Virus record (IMG/VR): IMGVR_UViG_3300044825_000459
Span: 1 to 27,678 of that record
Length of the DNA stretch: 27,678 bases
Strand: one strand, 5' to 3'
DNA from: a virus
Taxonomy: Duplodnaviria > Caudoviricetes
Shown: positions 1 to 8,524 of the stretch, piece by piece
How positions within the stretch are numbered: position 1 is the stretch's first letter
How the letters are laid out: each line of letters starts with the position of its first letter
Made by a program: the position numbers and the translations under genes
The notes under the pieces: model-generated
Told to the model about the DNA's origin: nothing
Database searches by the model: none
The model's input: only the letters and a program-made list of their open reading frames with translations

Positions 1-9
1 CGGTAGGCA

Positions 10-2847
10 TTATTTGAACTTATCCCATGCTCCGACAGTAGTGAGGCTTTGAGGCGTTCCGAAGCGTAGCGTATTGTCTACAACTCTTGCTGCCGCGTTA
101 GGGTCACTCATGTTTACTCCGGTCACAGTCGTATAGTAGTTTGTCATTGACGCTTCTTCGCCTCTACGGAAATCGGCGATGCTACCGGTGTTGATTGGCT
201 TTGTTGGATTGAGGGTTGGTGCTGTGTATGTGGTTGCCGGTGATTTTGCCAATGCCGCTGCCGCTGCTCTTTCCTCTCCAAGCTTCTTTAGTGCTGCCGC
301 TGTTGCTACTAGGTCTGCTTGCAACTCCGCTAGTTTTTCCTTTGTGGAAGCTGCGATAGCCGCAATCGCGTCTTCGTAATCTGTTTGGATTTCCTTTAAC
401 GCCTCTGCTAGTGCCTCTGCGTTTTCCTTCATGGCCTTGTTGAACTCGTCCATGGTGTTTTTATTGGCTTCGGCTAATGCTTCATCGGCCGCCGCTAGTG
501 CTTCGGTGAGAATGGCCTTTGACTCTGCCATCTTCTCTGAGTAATCCGCGTTTGCCTTTGCTAAGTTTTCTTTCAGGTCAGCGTTGATTTCGAGAATTGA
601 CTCATTGACATCAATCGCTACTTGCTTGAACGCGGTCATTAGTTGCGTCGTCGCTAACTTGCCGCCGGCGTTCATGGTTGCTGCTAGTTGGTCTAATCCT
701 GTTTCGGAAAGTCTATTTACCTGACCGTACAGGTCTTTGAGTTCGCTTTGTGTTTCGGTTGAAGCGCTGAGTAGCGCCTTTGCCATTTCGTTTCCAACTT
801 GCGGACCCGCTGCCACAACTTCTTCAATAAAGACCTGAGAGTAACCGGCTGCTTGTAGTGCCGCTGCGTTTTTCTGTAATTCCTTTGACGCTTCTAACTT
901 GTCTTTAAGTTGCGTAATTACATCGTCAGCGGTCTTTGCTCCGTCTTTGAAGATTTGGCTAATGTTTGCTGCCGTTCCGCTGGCAAATGCGTTGCGTAGG
1001 CGGTCGATAGATTGCTGCACGATAGAAGCTTGTTTTTCCGCTCCGGCTTTGCGTACATTGGCAATCTTGTCTTCCGCTGCTTTGTTGATTTCAAGAATCT
1101 TTTCAGCGTAATCCTTCTCGATTTCCGCATCGCGTTTCCTGCGGTCTTCGCGTGCCTTTGCGTATGCCTTGTTCCAAGCATCTTCGTTTTTCTGGAGTTC
1201 CTCGTTTTTCTTGTCAATGATTTTCTTTTCGAGGTCGGCATACTTCTTCGTTGTATCCGCGATTGCCTTGTCTCGTTTTTCGGCAGCCTTGACTCGCGCC
1301 TTGCCGTCAGCCTCGATTACATCGTTCATCTTCTCATGGAGTTTTACGACTTCCTTATTGGCCTTTTCAATGTCTTTAACGCGTTGCTTCGCTGCCTTTG
1401 CTGCCTCTGCCGCTGAGGTTCCTCCGCCTGTAACGCCGCCTGTATCTCCGCCAGTCTTCTTACCTGAGCCGTAAGTGAACGCGCCTTCGCCGTATCCTGC
1501 GTTTGTTTTCTTTAAGTCTGCCAAATTCTTTGCTGTTGTTTTGATTGACTCTGACGCTTTGTTTGCTCCGTCGGCAATTCCTTTTGCCCAGCCCATGCCC
1601 GGTATCTTGGCCAGCATACCGATGAACTTTCCAATGCCTCCGACAAGCAAGGCAAACCCGTTTAGGATTACTTGAACTCCAGCGATTACTATGCCTCTGA
1701 ATGTTTCGGATTTTTTCCACGCCCAAATAAATGCTGCTCCGAGAACCATAAGCCCTGTGACAATTAGGCCAATCGGGTTTGCTCGCATTGCGGCATTGAG
1801 TACTAGCATTGAAGCTGCTAAGCCGTTTGTTGAAGCGATAGACGCTAGCGTTGCGCCTCTCATTAGCGTTGTAACTACGACATAAAGTTGTTGCGCAACT
1901 CTTGTTGCGACTAGGGCTGCCCTGTAAGCGTAGAACGCAGTAGCAGCGGTTCCTAAAATTATCGCAAGCATTTTGAGTGCGTCTGCGTTTTCCTTGAAGA
2001 ACTTTGTTAGGCCGGTGATAATCGGTACAACCGCTTTTAACACCGCGAGTATTGCTGTGAATGCTGGCATGAGCATGTCACCGACTGCGACTTTTGCGTT
2101 TTGGAACTCTGCTTGCAAAGACTTCATCTTGTTTGCTGTTCCGCCGGCTGTACGCGCGTAATCGCCTTGCGCTAGTTTTGTCTGCTCCAGTACCAGCGCG
2201 TAAGTAACTTGCGCCTTAATCGCTGGATCCATTGCGCCCTTGATTTCACCGAAACCCATCGCCATTGCTTTTGCTTTTAGGGTTGTTTCGTTGAGTGCTA
2301 CGCCGTATCGCTTTAGCGGCTCTGTCTCGCCTGATAATCCTGAACGCAACGCGTTGATTGCTTCTTCGGTTGAAGTGTTATTGAATGAGCCTAAGTCTGC
2401 CGCTAGTTGTACCAGCGTCGTAGACATTTCGTTTGCCTTGCCTTGCCCGATACCGAACGCTTGGAACAAGTTGCCGTAGGTTCCTGCCGCTTCAATCGCA
2501 GCCTGATTAGACATACCCATGCTCTTTGCTGCGGTGTCGCCGAACTTGAATACTGAGTCTGCGGTGTCTCCGAATACGACCTTGACCTTTGATACGGACT
2601 CGGCCATGCTGGAAGCCGCCATGATTGTGTCTTTGCCGAATTGGACAATCTGCGTTCCCGCGAAGGCGACACCCATTGTTGTTCCGACTTGCTTAATCTT
2701 GCTCATGAAGTTTGTCATGCCGCTTGAAGCTGTGGCAACGCTGGTATCTATGCCCTTGATTGCGTTTTGCGCTTGCTGTAATCCTGCTTTGAGGCCGGCT
2801 ACATCTGCTTGTAATTCGATTAGTACTGGAGGGATTGCACTTGCCAT
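10..2847 (-). CDS. Tail tape measure protein
   Basis: 945 aa, Ala/Gly-rich and helical. It has a TMP-type core (DLGSFNN...ALRSGLSGETEPLKRYGV), hydrophobic repeats (ANPIGLIVTGL) and a long coiled coil. It lies downstream of the tail tube and chaperone. Its stop overlaps the next ATG (TAATG at 8-12). Confidence 0.93.
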   Translation of the reverse strand: MASAIPPVLIELQADVAGLKAGLQQAQNAIKGIDTSVATASSGMTNFMSKIKQVGTTMGVAFAGTQIVQFGKDTIMAASSMAESVSKVKVVFGDTADSVFKFGDTAAKSMGMSNQAAIEAAGTYGNLFQAFGIGQGKANEMSTTLVQLAADLGSFNNTSTEEAINALRSGLSGETEPLKRYGVALNETTLKAKAMAMGFGEIKGAMDPAIKAQVTYALVLEQTKLAQGDYARTAGGTANKMKSLQAEFQNAKVAVGDMLMPAFTAILAVLKAVVPIITGLTKFFKENADALKMLAIILGTAATAFYAYRAALVATRVAQQLYVVVTTLMRGATLASIASTNGLAASMLVLNAAMRANPIGLIVTGLMVLGAAFIWAWKKSETFRGIVIAGVQVILNGFALLVGGIGKFIGMLAKIPGMGWAKGIADGANKASESIKTTAKNLADLKKTNAGYGEGAFTYGSGKKTGGDTGGVTGGGTSAAEAAKAAKQRVKDIEKANKEVVKLHEKMNDVIEADGKARVKAAEKRDKAIADTTKKYADLEKKIIDKKNEELQKNEDAWNKAYAKAREDRRKRDAEIEKDYAEKILEINKAAEDKIANVRKAGAEKQASIVQQSIDRLRNAFASGTAANISQIFKDGAKTADDVITQLKDKLEASKELQKNAAALQAAGYSQVFIEEVVAAGPQVGNEMAKALLSASTETQSELKDLYGQVNRLSETGLDQLAATMNAGGKLATTQLMTAFKQVAIDVNESILEINADLKENLAKANADYSEKMAESKAILTEALAAADEALAEANKNTMDEFNKAMKENAEALAEALKEIQTDYEDAIAAIAASTKEKLAELQADLVATAAALKKLGEERAAAAALAKSPATTYTAPTLNPTKPINTGSIADFRRGEEASMTNYYTTVTGVNMSDPNAAARVVDNTLRFGTPQSLTTVGAWDKFK

Positions 2848-2850
2848 GTG

Positions 2851-3285
2851 TTATCCCTTCATTTTGCGGCGAACCGCGTTTGTAAATACCCGGTTTATTG
2901 TTCCGTTATTTATCAATGTTTTGCCGGCCGGCATAAGGAAAGGATACCGCACGCCTGACTTCCAACGCTTGCTTCCTAGTTCAACCGCGCGCGCGTACTC
3001 GACCGTTGGACCAACTGTCGCTATGTAACTGCCGAAGCCGTACCGAACTGTTGTTGTAATGCTGCGTCGTAATGTTCCTGTTACTACGTTTGGACCCGGA
3101 CCCGTTCCCGGTATGTGGCCTTGCCCGCGCGGGTGCGTTCCGGTGTTTGCGTTTTTCTTTGCTTCTCGTTCTACCGCTAAACCGGCTTGCGCAACTCCGT
3201 ACTCCGCTGCGTATTCCATTTGCTTTTCAAATGCGTCTAGAGCGCCGAATACTTCGGTTAAGTTGCGTATGATGATTGCGCCCAT
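2851..3285 (-). CDS. HK97 gp10-like tail completion/neck protein
   Basis: 144 aa with family-like motifs VVTGTLRRSI, VGPTVEYARAVELG and YPFLMPA. Confidence 0.8.
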   Translation of the reverse strand: MGAIIIRNLTEVFGALDAFEKQMEYAAEYGVAQAGLAVEREAKKNANTGTHPRGQGHIPGTGPGPNVVTGTLRRSITTTVRYGFGSYIATVGPTVEYARAVELGSKRWKSGVRYPFLMPAGKTLINNGTINRVFTNAVRRKMKG

Positions 3286-3516
3286 TTACCCGCTCGCTCG
3301 CTCTGCCTTCTCCGCTTTGACTTCTTCTACTGCTCCGGCAATCGCTATTAACCAATCCGCTGTACCGGCTGGCAATTCGTCTACTTGCTGCGGTGTCCAA
3401 CCGAATCGGTCAGCCATCGTGTAGTAGTACCAATGCTCATCGGGGTAGTCAAAGTTTTCGCTCCGACTGCCTCCGTTGAGAACCCATTTTAGCCGTTCGA
3501 GTTGCCGGTATCCGCT
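3286..3516 (-). CDS. Tail assembly chaperone, -1 frameshift extension (gpT-like part of a G-T fusion, about 186 aa total)
   Basis: The -1 frame is open from the slippery site to TAA at 3286-3288. It reads SGYRQLERLKWVLNGG...MADRFGWTPQQVDELPAGTADWLIAIA..., with a gpT-like FGWTPxxVxxLP motif. Not in the ORF track. Confidence 0.8.
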   Translation of the reverse strand, partial: SGYRQLERLKWVLNGGSRSENFDYPDEHWYYYTMADRFGWTPQQVDELPAGTADWLIAIAGAVEEVKAEKAERASG

Positions 3517-3845
3517 TTTGGGTCTGCCTCGTTCGTGTCATTTTTTGACAATGATGGGAACAGAGCCTTTTGCGCTTCCTGCGTTGCCTCGACCAATGCG
3601 TCGTAGTCCTTGATTTCTAATTCGTCTAGCGAACTTAGTTTTACGGACGGGATAATTAAGTCGAAATCCCAAGCTTCTACTAGCATCGCAACAACTGCGT
3701 CGCCGAGTGCTAATGCTTTTCCTAGGTCGCCTTCTTCTTTGTCTCCTGCGCGCATTACTGCCTTGCGGTCTTTTACTCGCAATAGCGCCGGGTCTTTTAG
3801 CGTTACTTTCGCGCCTGACGGAAGAGTGATTTCTGAACTTGCCAT
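3489..3845 (-). CDS. Tail assembly chaperone (gpG-like)
   Basis: 118 aa acidic protein after the tail tube gene, ending ...EADPK. AGGAGG RBS at 3853-3858. Confidence 0.82.
   Translation of the reverse strand: MASSEITLPSGAKVTLKDPALLRVKDRKAVMRAGDKEEGDLGKALALGDAVVAMLVEAWDFDLIIPSVKLSSLDELEIKDYDALVEATQEAQKALFPSLSKNDTNEADPKADTGNSNG
3516..3522 (-). other. Programmed -1 ribosomal frameshift slippery heptamer C CCA AAA
   Basis: X XXY YYZ pattern, in phase with the chaperone codons GAC CCA AAA GCG. Confidence 0.8.
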
Positions 3846-3865
3846 GTACTTGCCTCCTGTTGTTT

Positions 3866-3945
3866 GCCTTCCTTTATCTTACTGTAAATCTAGGGAGTAG
3901 GGGAGGGAGACCGGGAAGGCGTTCGGTCTCAACCTGCCCCTACTC
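3866..3945 (-). promoter_or_regulatory. Structured intergenic RNA: long hairpin with possible pseudoknot
   Basis: Arms 3895-3913 and 3924-3945 give 9+3+7 bp with bulges. The loop GCCUUCC (3914-3920) is complementary to GGAAGGC (3866-3872) just before the chaperone RBS. Confidence 0.65.
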
Positions 3946-3955
3946 TTGGAGATTG

Positions 3956-4942
3956 TTATGCGTATGTTCCGCTTGGCTTTGCGTTTTGGATTGTCCACTT
4001 GATTGGTGAGAATCCTAATGTCGCTCCTGCGTCGGTTGTATTTCCTTGACCGTTGATGTCTACTGAAATCTGTACGAAGTCAGAACCACGGTCAATCGCT
4101 GCCGCTACATACGCGCCCTTTGTTAGTACTGCGCGAATTTGTAGTGCTGTTGCTCCTGCACCTGATGCCCAGTTCAAAGAAATAGCCGGCTGTGTGTTTG
4201 TGATGTAGCGGGTTAATTCTGTGTCTGCTTCCATCACGAAAGTAAGCTTTCCAGTTACTTCTAGTGGACCGAGGAAGACGTTGAATGGGTTTTGGGTGTT
4301 GTTGATTCCGTAGACCGGTGTTACTGGTCGCTTCATGCTGATTTCGCCGGAGATTGAGTTGGTGATTGTTGTTCCGCCGATTGTTACAGTACCTTGCCAA
4401 ACCGGAGTTGGCAGGATTGTTGAGAATGTTGGTGTTGGTGTCGTTGCTGTTGCAGAAGCCCAGCCCGTTACCTTTGCGTCGTACTCCAACATTCCGTCTG
4501 CGTTGAACTTCAATGTGAAGTCTGAGAATTGGCAGCCCGGATACGCGCGTACTGCCGCTGCGTAGAAGTCTGTCAATGTGTATGAAAGAGGCTGAGCGTC
4601 TGCCGCTGCAACTGCGCTGTTCTCTAGTGACATTGTGTGTGTGAATGGCGCGCTTGCTCCTGTTGTTGCTACATCGCCTAGTAGACCGGCAATTGCGTAA
4701 CCGATTGTGTCCGCAAATGCTGCTCCGCTGAAATCGTATGTTGAGCGAGTACGACCCGGAATGTAGTTGTAATTCTTTAGGTTTGAACCACGGATACCTT
4801 CGTCGTAGAGTGGGTCAATGATGTCGACCGGCTTTAGGCTGCTCGCCATTACTGGTAGGTAGTCTGTTGGTGCTACTGCGGTTCCCTTTGTAACTTCTTT
4901 GGCAATACCTAAGTAGGACCGGACGGATTGTTGTACTGGCAT
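3956..4942 (-). CDS. Major tail tube protein
   Basis: 328 aa, Thr/Gly-rich beta protein with a tube-type N-terminus (YLGIAKEVTKGTAVAPT). Located between the terminator and the chaperone. Confidence 0.88.
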   Translation of the reverse strand: MPVQQSVRSYLGIAKEVTKGTAVAPTDYLPVMASSLKPVDIIDPLYDEGIRGSNLKNYNYIPGRTRSTYDFSGAAFADTIGYAIAGLLGDVATTGASAPFTHTMSLENSAVAAADAQPLSYTLTDFYAAAVRAYPGCQFSDFTLKFNADGMLEYDAKVTGWASATATTPTPTFSTILPTPVWQGTVTIGGTTITNSISGEISMKRPVTPVYGINNTQNPFNVFLGPLEVTGKLTFVMEADTELTRYITNTQPAISLNWASGAGATALQIRAVLTKGAYVAAAIDRGSDFVQISVDINGQGNTTDAGATLGFSPIKWTIQNAKPSGTYA

Positions 4943-5106
4943 TATTTCACCTCTTCTTCGGTTGAGTCAGACGCGGCTGACGGTTTTGATGTTGCTGTTG
5001 TTGGTGCTGCTTTTGCTTTCGCGTCGTCGTAAGACTCTCCGGCTTTTAGAGTAACGCCAAGCGTAGGATAGACACGCTCGTCGTGACCTTCGTTTTTGAT
5101 TATCAT
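4942..5106 (-). CDS. Small hypothetical virion-region protein (54 aa)
   Basis: MIIKNEGHDERVYPTLGVTLKAGESYDD...EEEVK. AGGAG RBS. Its stop overlaps the tail tube ATG (TAATG). Not in the ORF track. Confidence 0.7.
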   Translation of the reverse strand: MIIKNEGHDERVYPTLGVTLKAGESYDDAKAKAAPTTATSKPSAASDSTEEEVK

Positions 5107-5113
5107 GCTGCTC

Positions 5114-5602
5114 CTATGCTTGAATCATCTGTGTTACGTCGAATTGTATCTCAGCGAAGGTCTCTGTTGCTCCGCCTTCGTTTGTTGCTGGCTCTCCGTA
5201 ACTTGTACTGATTTCCGGTTCCGCTCCCTGCCACACTAGGTTGCCTGTTGCGTCGCCGAAATTGTGGTCTGCTCTTAGACGTGCCTTGATTGAGTCTATG
5301 AGCGTGTCGAATGCGGTCATTGCCGCTTCCGAATTGCGTTCCATTGAGTGCTGGTAAACCTGCAAGATGACCGAGTAATCCACTCTCTTCCAACCGTTGA
5401 ACGCTCCGCCTATTGCTATGCGGCTTTCGCGCTCGCTTTGGATAAAGATAACTACCGCTGCTCTGCTTAACTGGCCGGGTTGAGAATTGACTTGGTAATT
5501 AATGCGCTTCGGGAAGCTGGTAAAAATCTGATTGAGGCCGGTAATGTTTCCGGTGTTTAACCAATTGTATAAGGTGGCGCGTACGCCGGTGCGCCCTGCC
5601 AC
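5114..5602 (-). CDS. Putative tail terminator
   Basis: 162 aa, immediately upstream of the tail tube region. GTG start overlaps the previous stop. Assigned from position and size. Confidence 0.62.
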   Translation of the reverse strand: MAGRTGVRATLYNWLNTGNITGLNQIFTSFPKRINYQVNSQPGQLSRAAVVIFIQSERESRIAIGGAFNGWKRVDYSVILQVYQHSMERNSEAAMTAFDTLIDSIKARLRADHNFGDATGNLVWQGAEPEISTSYGEPATNEGGATETFAEIQFDVTQMIQA

Positions 5603-6492
5603 TAGCGAATCCGTCGGTAGAGGCTAAGCATCTCTAGGGCAATCGCCATTTCGTTGCCGAACTTGCTTGCTCCGGCCACATTGCCATTTGGCTGCGTCGT
5701 TACGTTCATGGTGAGCGAGTTATCTCCGCGTACCTTTAAGAAGGCCGTAGTAAGCAGTACACAAGCTTCTTTAATCGCCTGAGGTAAGTTGCCTATGGCG
5801 ACTGTGTTCGCGTGCGTAAAGGCCAGCGGAGCCGTTATAGGCACCGTCGTAGAGCCGTACACATAGTTGCTTGCCACGGTGACGCGCTCGCTGTTCGCTC
5901 CGTCGTAAATACGTAATTGCATTCCGGCCACAATGCCGTCTGCGGTCTGAACTGTGAGGGTACTCTGTCCGGCTGTTGCTGTCGCTATGAGGCTGTTTAC
6001 ATAGCCGGAGGTGTATTGGAAGGTTACAAACATTTGCTGTCTTGGTGCTGCTCCTACGCCGAAGGAGAGCGCTCCCTGTGAGGAGTAAGTTGTTGCCAAC
6101 TGGGATAGCGGCACAATGATTTGCTGGTCTTCGAACCACGCCTTTGATGGGTCGCTCAGTACCGTGAGGTTATTTGGGTCTGTTCCATACGACATGCTTT
6201 GTAGAGAAATGACCGGATTGTTGTTCGGGTGTATCGCTAGGTAGCCGCTGTTGCTGAGGCGTACTCGTTGATTCTCTCTTTGTGTAGACGCGTTCAAGTT
6301 TTGGTTGAGTGTTTCGTCCATGAAAGAAGAAGCTCGTAGAATTACATTTGCTAACTCTGCGTCTTGCGCTGCGGCATTTCCGCCGACGACTAGATTGTCG
6401 AAGTCAATCGCTGTCGGTGCGTTTTTGTATTCGGTAACGGTGATGTAAGGATTTTCAAAGAACGGGTGTTGCGTCGTTACTCCGGTCGCCAT
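5602..6492 (-). CDS. Head-tail connector/adaptor (HK97 gp6/SPP1 gp15-like) with a large beta-rich insertion
   Basis: N-terminal YITVTEYK...ILRASSFMD and C-terminal LPQAIKEACVLL...LSLYRR are adaptor hallmarks. At 296 aa it is far longer than a minimal adaptor. Confidence 0.72.
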   Translation of the reverse strand: MATGVTTQHPFFENPYITVTEYKNAPTAIDFDNLVVGGNAAAQDAELANVILRASSFMDETLNQNLNASTQRENQRVRLSNSGYLAIHPNNNPVISLQSMSYGTDPNNLTVLSDPSKAWFEDQQIIVPLSQLATTYSSQGALSFGVGAAPRQQMFVTFQYTSGYVNSLIATATAGQSTLTVQTADGIVAGMQLRIYDGANSERVTVASNYVYGSTTVPITAPLAFTHANTVAIGNLPQAIKEACVLLTTAFLKVRGDNSLTMNVTTQPNGNVAGASKFGNEMAIALEMLSLYRRIR

Positions 6493-6494
6493 GT

Positions 6495-6773
6495 TTAATC
6501 TCCGTCTGTTTTAATCCCGTTGCCGTTATCGTGTCCGCAGCGGCTGCACATCTTGAACCAACTGCCGAACCCGCACTCTACGCAAGTGTATCCGAGATTT
6601 TCGTTGTTAGTCGTTGCTCCCATTAGAGAAGCTTCGATAAATCCTTCGGCCTTCATTGCCTTTGCGTCGCTGTTGCTGACGGTGTAAATGCCTTGCTTAT
6701 TCGGTGTGTAAAGCCTGTTGCCTATTTGTGTTTCGCGTACACCTTTGTCCGGTGCCACCATTCTCTTTGCCAT
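6495..6773 (-). CDS. Hypothetical protein with C-terminal zinc ribbon (92 aa)
   Basis: Start re-called to MAKRM (AGAGGGGG RBS). Motif CVECG...CSRCG. Confidence 0.7.
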   Translation of the reverse strand: MAKRMVAPDKGVRETQIGNRLYTPNKQGIYTVSNSDAKAMKAEGFIEASLMGATTNNENLGYTCVECGFGSWFKMCSRCGHDNGNGIKTDGD

Positions 6774-6790
6774 GCTGCCCCCTCTGTTAA

Positions 6791-6828
6791 GAAGAAGGGG
6801 AGCGCTCGCGTGGAACGCTCCCCCTCCT
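6791..6828 (-). terminator. Hairpin after the major capsid gene (terminator/attenuator or mRNA stabiliser)
   Basis: GGGGAGCG (6797-6804) pairs with CGCTCCCC (6816-6823), followed on the minus strand by UUCUUCUU. Confidence 0.65.
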
Positions 6829-6838
6829 GCCTTACTTG

Positions 6839-8506
6839 TTATGCAGAAACAATACCTGATACTGCGCCGTTCCATGCTGGAGCGGTGCAGAAGAATGTTC
6901 CACGGAAGTAAGTTGAGAATTCGTAAGCGAACTGTGTTACAGGCCACTGAATACCCATGTAATCCTGAACCATGAAGTTAGACCATACGTCTGAAACCTC
7001 TGTGTCAGGGATTGGAAGTGTGAATGATAGAACTGGAGATACGCCCTGTGGTAACCATGGGTGTACTTCTAGGTCTACAGACTTTCCTGTTACTTCGTTT
7101 TGCAAACCAGTAACGATTGAACCGTATGTGGTTCCGCCGCTGCCCGGATTGTCAATTGTTAGACGGTAGTTCGCTGTTGAGCCGCTCTTGATTGCGTCTG
7201 AGAGTTGCTTACGGTCGTTACCGTTTAGAAGTACTAGGTCAGGGTCAGCCTTTACTGAATCGTAAAGTGATGCAAAGACTGTCTGGTATTCCGCGCCCGG
7301 GTTAGAGGTTGAGAATGTTGCGTTGATTGCGTTATTGAATCCGCTGTTTGGACCAAGAACTGTTGGAAGAATTCCGTCGTATCCTGTTGCGTAAGCAGAT
7401 GTGTCAGCAGCAGCGCGTGAAGCTGCGGCACCAGTTGTTGCGAATGGTGCTGTGTTTCCTGTGCGCTGGATTGAAGTTGCGCCCTGTACTGTGAATGTTC
7501 CAGTTCCCTTTAGAGTACCGATGTACTTTAGGTTTGCTGCGCCTGTAACTGTTCCAACATAAATGTTGTAACCAAGTGCGCCCGCTACTGGAGTTGAAAC
7601 TGTAACTGTCAAGACATCGCCTAGAGCAACTGCGGTTGACGCTTCTGTTCCGAGGATTGACTCTCCGAAGCCTGAACCTGAGATACCTGCGTCCGCTGTT
7701 ACGTTGACGAAGTATGTTGCCGCTGCTAGTGCTGTCTGTGAACCTGCCGCTACTGGAGAAGCAAGAGTGAATGTAGGTGCTGAAAGTGCGCCTGAGTATC
7801 CGCTTGCTGTTCCGCGTGCCATAAGCATCATGCGCTCTTCCATCAACATTGTTGCGTAGAGAGTAGATGTAGATGACAACTGGCGTAGGTCTTGGTATCC
7901 CATACCTGAGAAGTTAGCGTCGAATGACACGCTGTCAGATAGTGAGTAAGAGTTGTAAGGAAGAATTAAATCGTCTGCGGCGTAGGAAATCTTTGGACCA
8001 CGCTCGTAGTTGATTGAACCGAACTGTGTTGTTGTTGATTCGGTGATTCCCGGCCATGTGTTTCCAACTCCGCCTGTACCTGTACCTGTGTATCCAAGAA
8101 TGCGCTTGACACGGTGTGATGTGCCGACGCCCTTCTTGCGTGGGATACGGTTGCGTAGAGGTGTTGGACGTGGTGTTAGAAGCTTTGCAGGTGCTTCGAG
8201 GTCGAAGGCTGCGAAAGATGTTGACAATGGAGATGTAAGTGAGATGTCCTTTTGAATGTCTTGCATCGCTGTACGCTGTGAAGCGAGAGCAGAGTTTAGA
8301 CCAGCAAGTGCGTCACCTGTTAGTGACTTGTTTGCTACGAGTGCTTCGATTGCTGAGACTGGGTCTGCGGCTGGTGCAACTCCTGGAACAGATGAAGCGT
8401 TTGATAGAGCCTTACCGAGTGTATCGGTGTACTCCTCCATGCGCTTTGCTGCTTCTACCGGTGCTGCGTCGCCGAAGAGGTCTTTAGCGCGTGGCATTTC
8501 GGCCAT
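6839..8506 (-). CDS. Major capsid protein with an inserted Ig/FN3-like segment
   Basis: 555 aa directly after the protease/scaffold gene. AAAGGA RBS. Motifs FDLEAPAKLL.P..TPLRNRIPR and DLEVHPWLPQG. Followed by a hairpin. Confidence 0.85.
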   Translation of the reverse strand: MAEMPRAKDLFGDAAPVEAAKRMEEYTDTLGKALSNASSVPGVAPAADPVSAIEALVANKSLTGDALAGLNSALASQRTAMQDIQKDISLTSPLSTSFAAFDLEAPAKLLTPRPTPLRNRIPRKKGVGTSHRVKRILGYTGTGTGGVGNTWPGITESTTTQFGSINYERGPKISYAADDLILPYNSYSLSDSVSFDANFSGMGYQDLRQLSSTSTLYATMLMEERMMLMARGTASGYSGALSAPTFTLASPVAAGSQTALAAATYFVNVTADAGISGSGFGESILGTEASTAVALGDVLTVTVSTPVAGALGYNIYVGTVTGAANLKYIGTLKGTGTFTVQGATSIQRTGNTAPFATTGAAASRAAADTSAYATGYDGILPTVLGPNSGFNNAINATFSTSNPGAEYQTVFASLYDSVKADPDLVLLNGNDRKQLSDAIKSGSTANYRLTIDNPGSGGTTYGSIVTGLQNEVTGKSVDLEVHPWLPQGVSPVLSFTLPIPDTEVSDVWSNFMVQDYMGIQWPVTQFAYEFSTYFRGTFFCTAPAWNGAVSGIVSA

Positions 8507-8524
8507 GTGCGGTATTCCTTTCGG

